NCBI GenBank assembly: GCA_031414595.1
Contig: JANNVX010000115.1
Coordinates: 1-24,737 of the forward strand
Source: Deinococcales bacterium
GTDB lineage: Bacteria; Deinococcota; Deinococci; Deinococcales; JAAFIG01
DNA: 24,737 nt
Direction: 5' to 3'
In this document: positions 16,342 to 24,737 of the stretch, one piece after another
How the letters are laid out: the number at the start of each line of letters is the position of its first letter
Position numbering within the stretch: position 1 is the first letter of the stretch
The notes under the pieces: generated by a model
Told to the model about the DNA's origin: nothing
The model's database searches: none
Seen by the model: the letters and a program-made list of their open reading frames with translations, nothing else
Made by a program: the position numbers and the translations under genes

Positions 16342-18300
16342 TTAGGCGGGCAAGCGGAAGCGCTCGAGGCTTTGAGATAAGGATTGTGACAGGGTTTGTA
16401 ATTCGCCTGCTGCCACACCACCTTGGCGGGTATTATTTTCGGTTACTTGAGCAGTTTTTACAATTCGGGTCACATTTTCACGCACCGTTTCGACCGATTC
16501 GGCTTGTTCGGTTGCCAAACTAGCGATGTCCAAAGCCACTTGCGCCGATTGTTGGGCAAGGTCAGAAATGCGTTCCAAGCGCTCACTGGCTTGGGCTGCC
16601 ACTTGTGTACCAATTTGCACTTGTTCTGCCCCACTGACGGCTCGAGTCGAGAGGCTTTGAATTTCGCTCTGTACGTCCTTAACGATTGCTGTGATACGAC
16701 TGGCGGCTTTTGCCGAATCATCGGCTAGGGAACGCACCGCGTTGGCTACCGCCCCGAAACGCGCTCCGGCTGTACCAGCACCAGCGGCTTCAAGCGAAGC
16801 ACCCAAGGCGAGAAGATTAGTCTGAGAAGCAAAGCGAGAAATGGTACGAACCACTTCGTTAATCTCGTCCGAGCGCCGTGCTAGACCCTGCATTCCTTGG
16901 GTCATCTCGAGCATTCGAGCGCGAATTTGCACCAATTGCTCACGGGTTTGGGTCACAGCTAAAGTCCCAGCACTCGAGGCTTCAAGGGTAAATTGCGCGG
17001 CAGTTGCGCCTTTATCGGCGGTCATGGCGAGCGACTGCATCGCTTCTGCCACCAAGTTGGTTTGATTCTGTGCGCCTTGGGCAAGACTGGCTTGTGATTG
17101 GGCATTCTCGAGAATCCCTTGACTGGTTTGAGTCATTGAATTGGCACTGGCAGAGACCCGTTCGGCGGCTGAACGGACATTGCCAAGCAACATCCCGAAT
17201 TCGTCGGTCATGATGTTAATAGCATCTACCACGTTACCCAATACATCGTCGGTGACTGCGCCTTTTTTGGTTAAATCTCCACCCGCAATGTCCATGGCGA
17301 CATTTAAGAATTCCGAAACATTTTCTTGTAATTTAAGACCGCGTTGGCGCTCCAAGTCTTGCTCGCCAAGTAAACCCTTTAATTGTAAAATCGAGGCATT
17401 TAAGGTGTTTGCCACCGAACCAATTTCATCGCGTCCCGAAACAGCAATCCGCATGTCTAAGTTGCCACTGCGGAGACTCTGAGCGCCGCGTTCGAGGTTT
17501 GCCATACGAATAGCAGTTGAACGCGCCACCAAAAACGCCAAAATAATACCAACCAGAAGTCCGACTCCAAGGGCAATAAAAATCAGCCGTTGGGTTTGTT
17601 CGGCATTTTGAGTTGCCACTTCGCGTTGGGTCGTGGCAATGTTATCGTTGATGTCGGCAAGGGTTTGTAAACTGCCACGCAAACTATCAAGTGAAACTAT
17701 CGCCCGCTCTGAAATTGCCGCCGTTGGCGCTTGGGTGCTGGCAATCACAAAGTAATCGGTGGTTTCTTTTTTGTTTTGGTCTACCAATTCTTGAATACGT
17801 GCCACTGCCGCTTTTTCTGAAGTCAGCAAAGACGCACTTCTCGAGCCAAGGTTAGTGGCAGAACTTGGGCGAATGCTTAAGGCATACTGGGAGGTATAGA
17901 GATTAAAAATCGCTTCGCCTAATTCGAGTGCGCCTTGGGCATCGTACACATATTGTTGGCGTGTTTCGGCATTTAAGGTGTTGCGGTTCAGTAACTCGAG
18001 AAAGCGTTGGGCATCGGCATACGCCAATTGTGAATTGGCAAGGGCTTTGGTTGGGTTAAGGGCATACTCATAACTGCTGGTTAGTGCTGACTGCAAGGAG
18101 CGCAAACCACCCAGAGCAGCAAAAGTCACAATCGCGGTGGACAAAACCAAAGCCAAAACAATCAAAACCAGTTTCCAAGTAAAACGCAAATTGGTCAGCA
18201 AACTGGTACGTATCGGCAGACCAGCCGATTCTAGCGTTTGTAATGGCTCGAAGGTCGCTAGGGGCTTAGGTTGAAATAAAGATTTTCTGACTTGGCTCAT
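16342..18300 (-). CDS. Methyl-accepting chemotaxis protein 2 (two TM helices, helical sensor domain, HAMP, divergent signalling tip)
   Basis: Two TM segments, HAMP GRDEIGSVA, SQTNLLAL..EAA.AG signalling motif, and AGGAGG upstream. Confidence 0.92.
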   Translation of the reverse strand: MSQVRKSLFQPKPLATFEPLQTLESAGLPIRTSLLTNLRFTWKLVLIVLALVLSTAIVTFAALGGLRSLQSALTSSYEYALNPTKALANSQLAYADAQRFLELLNRNTLNAETRQQYVYDAQGALELGEAIFNLYTSQYALSIRPSSATNLGSRSASLLTSEKAAVARIQELVDQNKKETTDYFVIASTQAPTAAISERAIVSLDSLRGSLQTLADINDNIATTQREVATQNAEQTQRLIFIALGVGLLVGIILAFLVARSTAIRMANLERGAQSLRSGNLDMRIAVSGRDEIGSVANTLNASILQLKGLLGEQDLERQRGLKLQENVSEFLNVAMDIAGGDLTKKGAVTDDVLGNVVDAINIMTDEFGMLLGNVRSAAERVSASANSMTQTSQGILENAQSQASLAQGAQNQTNLVAEAMQSLAMTADKGATAAQFTLEASSAGTLAVTQTREQLVQIRARMLEMTQGMQGLARRSDEINEVVRTISRFASQTNLLALGASLEAAGAGTAGARFGAVANAVRSLADDSAKAASRITAIVKDVQSEIQSLSTRAVSGAEQVQIGTQVAAQASERLERISDLAQQSAQVALDIASLATEQAESVETVRENVTRIVKTAQVTENNTRQGGVAAGELQTLSQSLSQSLERFRLPA

Positions 18301-18321
18301 GATTCACCCTCCTTTCTTGAC

Positions 18322-20664
18322 TTAGGCTGGTAAGCGGAAACGCTCTAAGTTTGCCGATAAATTCTGTGCCAATTGACGCAATTGTTCGGCATTATTTTGA
18401 CCACTTTGGCTCTGCTCACGGGCTGATTGGGCGGTGGCGGCAATCGTCTGAACGGCTTGAGTTACATTCTGGACACGACTCACTTGGTTGCGTGTCACCT
18501 CGGAAATGCGGTTGGCAAAGTCCGATGATTGCTGTGCCAATTGTGCGATTTGTTCTAACTGATTACCTGCTTGCGAGGCGATTTTATAGCCAGACTCAAC
18601 TTCTTTTGTACCGTCTTCAATACCGACCACCAAGCCCTGAATTTCGGTTTGAATACTCTTAATTAAGCCCGCTACACGGCTGGTGGATTTCGCCGAGTCT
18701 TCTGCCAAGCGCCGTACTTCGTCTGCCACAATCGCAAAACGAGCGCCCGCTTCACCCGCACCCGAGGCTTCAATCGCGGCGTTTAAGGAAAGAAGGTTGG
18801 TTTGCGCCGCAATACCAGAAATCGTATCCACGATTTCTTGAATCTCGAGCGACCGGTCTGAAAGGCTTTTAACTGACTTAGAAATGTTGCTGACTTCACG
18901 ACGAATCGAGTTCATGCCAGTTAAGGTTTCTTGCACCGCTTGTTGTCCTTCACGACTGGCATCGAGGGTGCGCTGCGCGATGACGGCGGTGTCGGAAGCG
19001 GTGGTGGTTAATTCCTCGAACTGCTGACTGACTTCAAGTGCTTGGCTTTGGGCTTCTTGGGCGATTTCTTCTTGGCTGACTGCACCTTGTACAATGTTGC
19101 GGCTGGCATGAGTTAATTCTCTTGCGCCTGAATTGACTTGTTCGGTCGTGGCTTGAACATCTTTTAGTAAGTAACCAACTTCTTCGGTCATCAGGTTAAT
19201 TGCGTCAATCACGTTACCCAATACATCTTCAGAGACCCGCCCTTTTTTGGTAAAGTCGCCACCTGAAATATCCATCGCCACGTTTAAGAATTCACCAATG
19301 TTATCTTGGAGTTGTTTAGAGCGCACCGCTTCATCGCGCTGACTATCCACGAAATCACGAAGTTGCAGTACTGAATTATTAAACGCGATACCCAACTGAC
19401 CGATTTCGTCTCGAGAGCGCACCGCCATGGTTTGCGATAAATCGCCAGAACCAAATTTCTCGGCAACCCCCACCATTTCTGAAAGCGGTCTGGTAATCGA
19501 ACGGGCTGTAAAAAACGCAAAAAGTAATAACAACAAGACTAAAACGAGCAAACCAATCAAAACCAAGCGCTGGGTATTTTGCAAAGCACGAACCCGTTGC
19601 TCGAGCAGTTCGTTCAGTTTAGCCAAAGCATTATCGTACAGACTGTAATAATTGGTCAGCAAACGGTTCATACCCGACACGAAATTAGGGATAGGATAGC
19701 CAACAATTGGATTATTGACCCCTTCTGAAAGACCCCCAACTTCTTGAATAAAGGTACGTTCAACCACATCGTCTAAAGTTGCTGTCGCGGCACGGTTATA
19801 ACCACCAGTCTGCAAGAAAAATTGCCGAAGTTCTTTGGGATTTGCATCGGCTGCAAATGAAGCCGAGCGTTCGGCTTCGGTTAAAACCGTCCGAACTCGA
19901 GACAAAATGGCATTCAAACGAAATTTTTCATCTTCAACAATCCGCTTACGGGTAAGAATACCCACACCAAACCCAGAAATTTGACCAAGGTCATCTAAAA
20001 TGGTTGGCAATTTGTTGATCGTTAAGTCGACTGTATACAACGAGTCTAAAGAAGGGTCAAGCACAAGGTTTGAGTTATTAGCAATAATTCGCAGTAAGTC
20101 AAACATTTCTGTGCGAATTAAGCGATTATGCGCCGTAAAGTTGGCATCAGATGTGTTGGTCACAAGGTTTTCTTCGATGTTGCGCCAACTGGTTTTCACT
20201 TTTTCATAGCCTTCATCGGCTTTGAATGACTTGCCAAATCGGTTATTGAGTCCGTCGGTGGTGGCAAGTAAGACATTGATTTCTTCAGCTTTCTTTTGGC
20301 GTTCTTGAATTGTTGCTCCGCCTGAGCGTTGCTGGGTTACCAAACCACGATGCTCTGAAAAACGTTGTAAGAGTGTTCCTAAACTGCGTAAATACAAAGC
20401 GCCATCGCGTTCACGTAAAGAAAAATTGATTTGTTGTTGTTGTTGATTCAAAAGTAAAAAGGTAACGATGCCCAAAGGAATCATCAGCGACAACACCAAA
20501 AATAGTAAGCGGGTGGAAACCAAAAACCCACCGCGTGGTGCAGAGGCTGCTGAGGCTGTTGTGGCAACAGTTTCAAACTCGATAGAGGTCACACTCGAGC
20601 TAGGCGAATCGGTTTTTTTACGAGAACCGAACAACGAGAACTTGGGTTTCTTGGTCGCGTTCAT
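18322..20664 (-). CDS. Methyl-accepting chemotaxis protein 1 (PilJ-like), 780 aa
   Basis: Two TM segments, a large extracytoplasmic domain, [13 protein letters not shown] and [32 protein letters not shown]. The start is set at ATG 20664, 7 nt after AGGAGG. Confidence 0.93.
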   Translation of the reverse strand: MNATKKPKFSLFGSRKKTDSPSSSVTSIEFETVATTASAASAPRGGFLVSTRLLFLVLSLMIPLGIVTFLLLNQQQQQINFSLRERDGALYLRSLGTLLQRFSEHRGLVTQQRSGGATIQERQKKAEEINVLLATTDGLNNRFGKSFKADEGYEKVKTSWRNIEENLVTNTSDANFTAHNRLIRTEMFDLLRIIANNSNLVLDPSLDSLYTVDLTINKLPTILDDLGQISGFGVGILTRKRIVEDEKFRLNAILSRVRTVLTEAERSASFAADANPKELRQFFLQTGGYNRAATATLDDVVERTFIQEVGGLSEGVNNPIVGYPIPNFVSGMNRLLTNYYSLYDNALAKLNELLEQRVRALQNTQRLVLIGLLVLVLLLLLFAFFTARSITRPLSEMVGVAEKFGSGDLSQTMAVRSRDEIGQLGIAFNNSVLQLRDFVDSQRDEAVRSKQLQDNIGEFLNVAMDISGGDFTKKGRVSEDVLGNVIDAINLMTEEVGYLLKDVQATTEQVNSGARELTHASRNIVQGAVSQEEIAQEAQSQALEVSQQFEELTTTASDTAVIAQRTLDASREGQQAVQETLTGMNSIRREVSNISKSVKSLSDRSLEIQEIVDTISGIAAQTNLLSLNAAIEASGAGEAGARFAIVADEVRRLAEDSAKSTSRVAGLIKSIQTEIQGLVVGIEDGTKEVESGYKIASQAGNQLEQIAQLAQQSSDFANRISEVTRNQVSRVQNVTQAVQTIAATAQSAREQSQSGQNNAEQLRQLAQNLSANLERFRLPA

Positions 20665-20733
20665 TGGCAGACCTCCTGTGACGGGTTCATCGGCGAACCT
20701 CCCTGTGGCAGCTTCATAAGGCAACCTCCTGTG
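20657..20733 (-). repeat. Three tandem 26-27-bp units, each CACAGG(G)AGG-N7-ATGAA
   Basis: CACAGGAGGTTGCCTTATGAAGCTGC / CACAGGGAGGTTCGCCGATGAACCCGT / CACAGGAGGTCTGCCAATGAACGCG. Confidence 0.8.
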
Positions 20734-20746
20734 TTAAAAACTAAAC

Positions 20747-21223
20747 TCATGATAAAACCCGATTGACAGTTGTCGGAACTGTAAACACAACCTGACTCGA
20801 TTGTGGTGCAAAGACCATAGACAATTGATCCAGAATTTTAGGTAATGAAAGCATTGGAATAACTTCGCCAGCGTAACGCATTCCACCTTGGCAAATTGGC
20901 TCGAGAATTGGGTCTATGGTGGTAACAGCCGCTTCAAAAACCACAAAGCCTAGGGCGGCATCTATACCAATCCCAAAATTTTTGGCTTCAAATTCGAGTT
21001 GGACTGCAAATTCGTGCTTGGGAATTGGCAGTTTTAGCAAAGGCTCGAGTGCCACAATCGGAATGACCTGTGAACGCAAAGCAAACAATCCAAGTAAGGC
21101 GCTGGCGGTTCGTGGCGCACGGCGCAAATCAGTCAGGCTATAGACTTGACGGGTATATGCCCCAGCAATACCAACCCTAAACTGTCCAAATTGAACCACG
21201 CAAGCCCGTTGACTCGAAATCAT
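20747..21223 (-). CDS. cheW: CheW-family coupling protein (divergent)
   Basis: ALLGLFALRSQVIPIVALEPLL matches the CheW GxxNLRGxIxPxxDL pattern, with FGIGIDAALG. It lies between the receiver gene and an MCP gene. Confidence 0.85.
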   Translation of the reverse strand: MISSQRACVVQFGQFRVGIAGAYTRQVYSLTDLRRAPRTASALLGLFALRSQVIPIVALEPLLKLPIPKHEFAVQLEFEAKNFGIGIDAALGFVVFEAAVTTIDPILEPICQGGMRYAGEVIPMLSLPKILDQLSMVFAPQSSQVVFTVPTTVNRVLS

Positions 21224-21230
21224 AATTTCC

Positions 21231-21596
21231 TTAAGAAGCCGTTAAACGCGCCACCATGTTTAGTAAAGCATCGGCGGTGTAGGGTTTTGGCAAGTAATCG
21301 GTTGCCCCTTGGCGTTTGCCCCATTCAATATCGGTCGGTTGGTCTTTACTCGAGATGATGCAGACAGGAATATCTTTACTGCTTGGGTCACGGCGTAATT
21401 TACGCAAAATTTCATAACCGTTGCGTTGCGGCATAACCACATCAAGTAAAATCAAATCTGGTTTTTCTTGTTCAATCAGGGCTTCTACACCTTCGCCATT
21501 GATGCACATGGCGACCCGGTGAGCCGCACCTGTCAGAATTGATTCGGCAAATTTTAAGTCTGCCATTGAGTCGTCTACAGCGATTATCTTTGCCAT
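21231..21596 (-). CDS. Single-domain response regulator (PilH/CheY-like)
   Basis: AVDDS, LLDVVMPQRNGY, ISSKDQPTDIEWGKRQGATDYLPKPY. The D..WG..QGA..Y..KP tail is typical of PilH. It is the first gene of the operon. Confidence 0.92.
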   Translation of the reverse strand: MAKIIAVDDSMADLKFAESILTGAAHRVAMCINGEGVEALIEQEKPDLILLDVVMPQRNGYEILRKLRRDPSSKDIPVCIISSKDQPTDIEWGKRQGATDYLPKPYTADALLNMVARLTAS

Positions 21597-21805
21597 GAGT
21601 TACCTCTAAAATTGAGAGTAAGGCATTTGTAATGCCTAATAAGATACCGTACCAGACTTCTGAGTGAAGTTGTGTGCGTTTTGTACATCGGCTAAATAGG
21701 CTCAGTCTAAACAACGTCTCATCCCTCCAAGGGTAACAACTAAAAATTTTGAACTGCTGTATTCTACGCGGTATTCTAAAATGTGCAATTGTTTTTGGGG
21801 CGACC

Positions 21806-24481
21806 ATGAAACCAGAGTATCCACCAGCAGACCAGCCGCCAAACTCTAAACTCGAGATTCGGGCGGCTTCGGCAGGGACTGGTAAAACCACCAGTTTGGT
21901 GAGGATGTACTTAGAAGCCTTAAAGCACACCCCAGCCCGAAGGATAGCGGCAGTGACGTTCACACGGGCTTCAGCACGTGATTTGCGGGAGCGTTTACGG
22001 GCGGGGCTATTAGAACTGCTTGAGACTGGGCATTATTTGGATGTGACCCTGCATTCCAGAAATCCATTTGAACGTGCTTTACAAGAGTTAGACTCGAGTA
22101 TAATATCAACCATTCATGGTTTCTTTCGGGTTTTGTTGCGCCTAAACGCCCCAAGCCTAGGCTTAGACCCAGAATTTAGCAACTTGGACGAAAGCCAAGC
22201 TAAAGATATTTACCGTGCTGCCAGCAGTGGTGTTCTTGCTAAAGCCGCCCTGTTTGGTGGGGCGGGTACAAATTTACTGGCTCAGCAAGGCTGGGACGAA
22301 GCCTTGAGCGCCTTAGAAACCCTTTTTGAAAAACGGGTCTATGCACCATTTCACAGCACCGATTTGAGCTTACTCGAGGCATACAACTCCGCCATTAACC
22401 AATACCAAAACCACTTGGCAAATAGCAGTTTATCTGCCACCGACATTGAAATAAAAACTTTGCAGTTACTCGAGAACCCCGAGTGCCTAAAACGCATTCA
22501 AAGCCGTTATCATTTGCTGTTGGTAGACGAATTTCAAGATGTCAACCCGCTTCAAGCTAAAGTCTTTACCCAGCTTAAACTAAAACATATTATTTTTGTC
22601 GGTGATGCCAAACAAAGTATCTATGCTTTCCGCGATGCAGACGTAACGGCTTTTATCGAGATGTACCAAAAAGCCACCCCCCTACCGCCCCTAACCACCT
22701 CGTACCGCCACGGAAAAGCCCTGACTGCACTCTACTCGAGCCTCGCCGAAAACCTTTTTAGCGAATTTAGTGAACAAGGGCTACCTGCCAGTGTCAGCAG
22801 TGGGCGTAAGCTAGACGCAACTTCAAACGCCGAAATCCATTTAATTGAAGCCAGCAGCCTAGAAAACGGACGAAACACCGAAGCCCGAATTATTGCCAAA
22901 CGCCTCTGGGAAATCCATCAACAAGGCTATGCGTGGCGTGAGATAGCCATTTTACTTCGCACCCGAACTTCTTTAAGTCATCTCGAGCCAAGCCTTAAAT
23001 TCGCCCAAATTCCATTTTTGGTCGGCAGTGGACAACGCTACTATGACCGCCGTGAAATCCGTGATGCGATGTTGCTGCTACGGGCTAAGCTCTATCCTTT
23101 TGCCCCAGAAACCTTGGCAGCGCTGGCAAGGTTGCCCAGCATTAACTTGCCGTTAGGGATAATCGAAAAACTCTTTAAGAACCCCAAAGCGGCGCTGCAA
23201 ACCGACGAATTTAGCGCCCTGACCGAATTGCTCGAGGTGATTCATGCCAGTACCGACGCGCTTAGTTTACTCGAAGCCGCTTGGATGCACCTTGGTATCA
23301 ACTTAACCCGAGAAGCCCAAAGCTATGCCAATTTAGATGGCTTATTATACCAATTGGCAGCCAGAGGCGCACGCGACCCTCGAGCCGCCCTTGCCTTTTT
23401 AGAACGCGCCCAACTTGGCGAAGCCGAAGGTGACGAGCCACTTGAGGGACAAGACGCGGTACGAATTCTAACCATCCATGCTTCCAAAGGACTCGAGTTT
23501 CCAATTTGTGTGGTTTTTGATTTATCACGCAGTGAACGCAATAACACCGATTTGTTAGCCATTCACCCCAACGGAGAAATTGCATGGCGCGGCACAGACC
23601 GCTACCACAGCATCCAAAGACATTGGAACGCAAGGCGCGATGGTGAAGCCAACCGCTTACTCTATGTTGCCATGACCCGCGCCAAAGACCATTTGATACT
23701 GACTGGCTCGAGTACCGGCACAAGCCGTGGCTGGCTGGCAACCTTAGAAAAAATCGGACTGCAAAACCTGCCGCACTTAGAAGTTTTTAGCCACCCAGAA
23801 GACCAAACTATCCCGCTCGAGACCAAAACAAGCACCACAGCATTCATCACCCTGATTCCTAATCCACAACTTGCCAATGCCACCTTTAAGCGCCACAACC
23901 CACGGGTACGCGCCCCCACCCGTTCACCCCAAGCAGGCGAACTCGAGACACAAAGCGATGAACTCCAACTGCTGGATTTACTGCACGGAGAAGCCAACAC
24001 CATCCCCCAAGCCGAACGGGTGATTGGCACACTTGCCCATTATGCGATAGCTGAAAATTTCTTGAGCAGCAACAACACCCAACGCCAAATTTTAAGCGCT
24101 CAGTATGTTCTGCACCCGTACACCGTTGAGGAACGCCAAGCCATGCTGAACAGTGCCTGGTGGTACTTAGAACAATACGAAAAGCTCTATCCCAACCGCC
24201 AAAACCGCCTAGCTGACTACGCCGAACTCCCGTTTGCGTACCAACAAGGCGAGACCACTTGGCAAGGCATCATAGACCGTTTGTATCAAGAAGAAAACGG
24301 CAATTGGATTCTCGAGGACTATAAGACCGACAGTATCCCAATCGTAGAACTCCCACAACGCGCAAGGGCTTACGAACGACAACTAGGCATTTACCAAGAA
24401 GCCGTGCGAAAAGCCCGAAATATCGAACCCGAACTACGATTAACTTTTTTGCACCACGGCATCATTTACAAATTAGGGTAA
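21806..24481 (+). CDS. addA: UvrD/SF1 helicase fused to a RecB-type PD-(D/E)XK nuclease (AddA-like)
   Basis: Helicase motifs ASAGTGKT, AVTFT, STIHGF, VDEFQDVN, VGDAKQSIYAFR, TIHASKGLEF and LLYVAMTRAK, with nuclease motifs GIIDRL, DYKT and QLGIY. The start at ATG 21806 is a best guess. Confidence 0.88.
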   Translation: MKPEYPPADQPPNSKLEIRAASAGTGKTTSLVRMYLEALKHTPARRIAAVTFTRASARDLRERLRAGLLELLETGHYLDVTLHSRNPFERALQELDSSIISTIHGFFRVLLRLNAPSLGLDPEFSNLDESQAKDIYRAASSGVLAKAALFGGAGTNLLAQQGWDEALSALETLFEKRVYAPFHSTDLSLLEAYNSAINQYQNHLANSSLSATDIEIKTLQLLENPECLKRIQSRYHLLLVDEFQDVNPLQAKVFTQLKLKHIIFVGDAKQSIYAFRDADVTAFIEMYQKATPLPPLTTSYRHGKALTALYSSLAENLFSEFSEQGLPASVSSGRKLDATSNAEIHLIEASSLENGRNTEARIIAKRLWEIHQQGYAWREIAILLRTRTSLSHLEPSLKFAQIPFLVGSGQRYYDRREIRDAMLLLRAKLYPFAPETLAALARLPSINLPLGIIEKLFKNPKAALQTDEFSALTELLEVIHASTDALSLLEAAWMHLGINLTREAQSYANLDGLLYQLAARGARDPRAALAFLERAQLGEAEGDEPLEGQDAVRILTIHASKGLEFPICVVFDLSRSERNNTDLLAIHPNGEIAWRGTDRYHSIQRHWNARRDGEANRLLYVAMTRAKDHLILTGSSTGTSRGWLATLEKIGLQNLPHLEVFSHPEDQTIPLETKTSTTAFITLIPNPQLANATFKRHNPRVRAPTRSPQAGELETQSDELQLLDLLHGEANTIPQAERVIGTLAHYAIAENFLSSNNTQRQILSAQYVLHPYTVEERQAMLNSAWWYLEQYEKLYPNRQNRLADYAELPFAYQQGETTWQGIIDRLYQEENGNWILEDYKTDSIPIVELPQRARAYERQLGIYQEAVRKARNIEPELRLTFLHHGIIYKLG

Positions 24482-24499
24482 GGGGCTAAAAGCAAAGAC

Positions 24500-24599
24500 C
24501 CATTGCTCGAGAGTGATTGTGCATCAACGCCACGCAACCCTCACCCAACTCGCTTGAAGCTCGTTACCCTCATCCCGCCAAACAGCGCGGGAGAGGGTT
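24500..24599 (+). repeat. ~100-bp dispersed repeat, copy B (downstream of the addA-like gene)
   Basis: 24536-24599 is identical to the reverse complement of 11691-11754. Confidence 0.95.
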
Positions 24600-24737
24600 A
24601 TACCAACTTTAGGTAGATAATAAGGAATGTCAAGATTAGGCACACCTCTAACCGCCCACCATACGACTGAAGAACTCGAGAAACACTACAAACAGTGCAA
24701 AGATGCCAAAGAAAAAACTCGTCGCCAAGTGATATGG
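24599..24737 (+). mobile_element. Probable left end of an IS630-family element (truncated by the window)
   Basis: TA-TACCAA lies immediately after the repeat. An open frame from ATG 24627 to the window end (MSRLGTPLTAHHTTEELEKHYKQCKDAKEKTRRQVIW) resembles IS630 transposase HTH N-termini (H..EEL...Y...KD..E....Q.IW). Confidence 0.65.
24627..24737 (+). CDS. Partial CDS, N-terminus of a probable IS630-family transposase / HTH protein
   Basis: 37 open codons to the end of the window. It is too short to appear in the supplied ORF track. Confidence 0.65.
   Translation, partial: MSRLGTPLTAHHTTEELEKHYKQCKDAKEKTRRQVIW

Overview
Chromosomal window from what looks like a moderate-GC Deinococcota genome, judged from the protein families and several apparently leaderless genes. 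From left to right it holds: (1) an AT-rich accessory block with a LuxR-type regulator, an unknown lipoprotein ending in a Cys-symmetric hydrophobic hairpin, and a small membrane protein; (2) a housekeeping stretch with a trans-sulfuration PLP enzyme, tRNA-His, tRNA-Leu, tig, a thioesterase, glgC, an M28 peptidase, fumC and an M20 peptidase; (3) a repeat-rich intergenic region; (4) a seven-gene minus-strand Pil-Chp-like chemosensory operon with no cheR/cheB, ending in a pseudo-receiver/DUF4388 protein and a receiver-Roadblock fusion; (5) an AddA-like helicase-nuclease; and (6) the start of a probable IS630-family transposase. The strongest signal is the palindrome CTCGAG. I counted about 104 copies by hand against about 5-6 expected. 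They occur in several reading frames and between genes, but none fall in 1074-2840. Other signals are a ~100-bp element in two 3' UTRs (64 bp identical), triplicated ribosome-binding regions before tig and the first chemoreceptor, and heptamer arrays at gene junctions. All calls come from reading motifs by eye; no searches were run.
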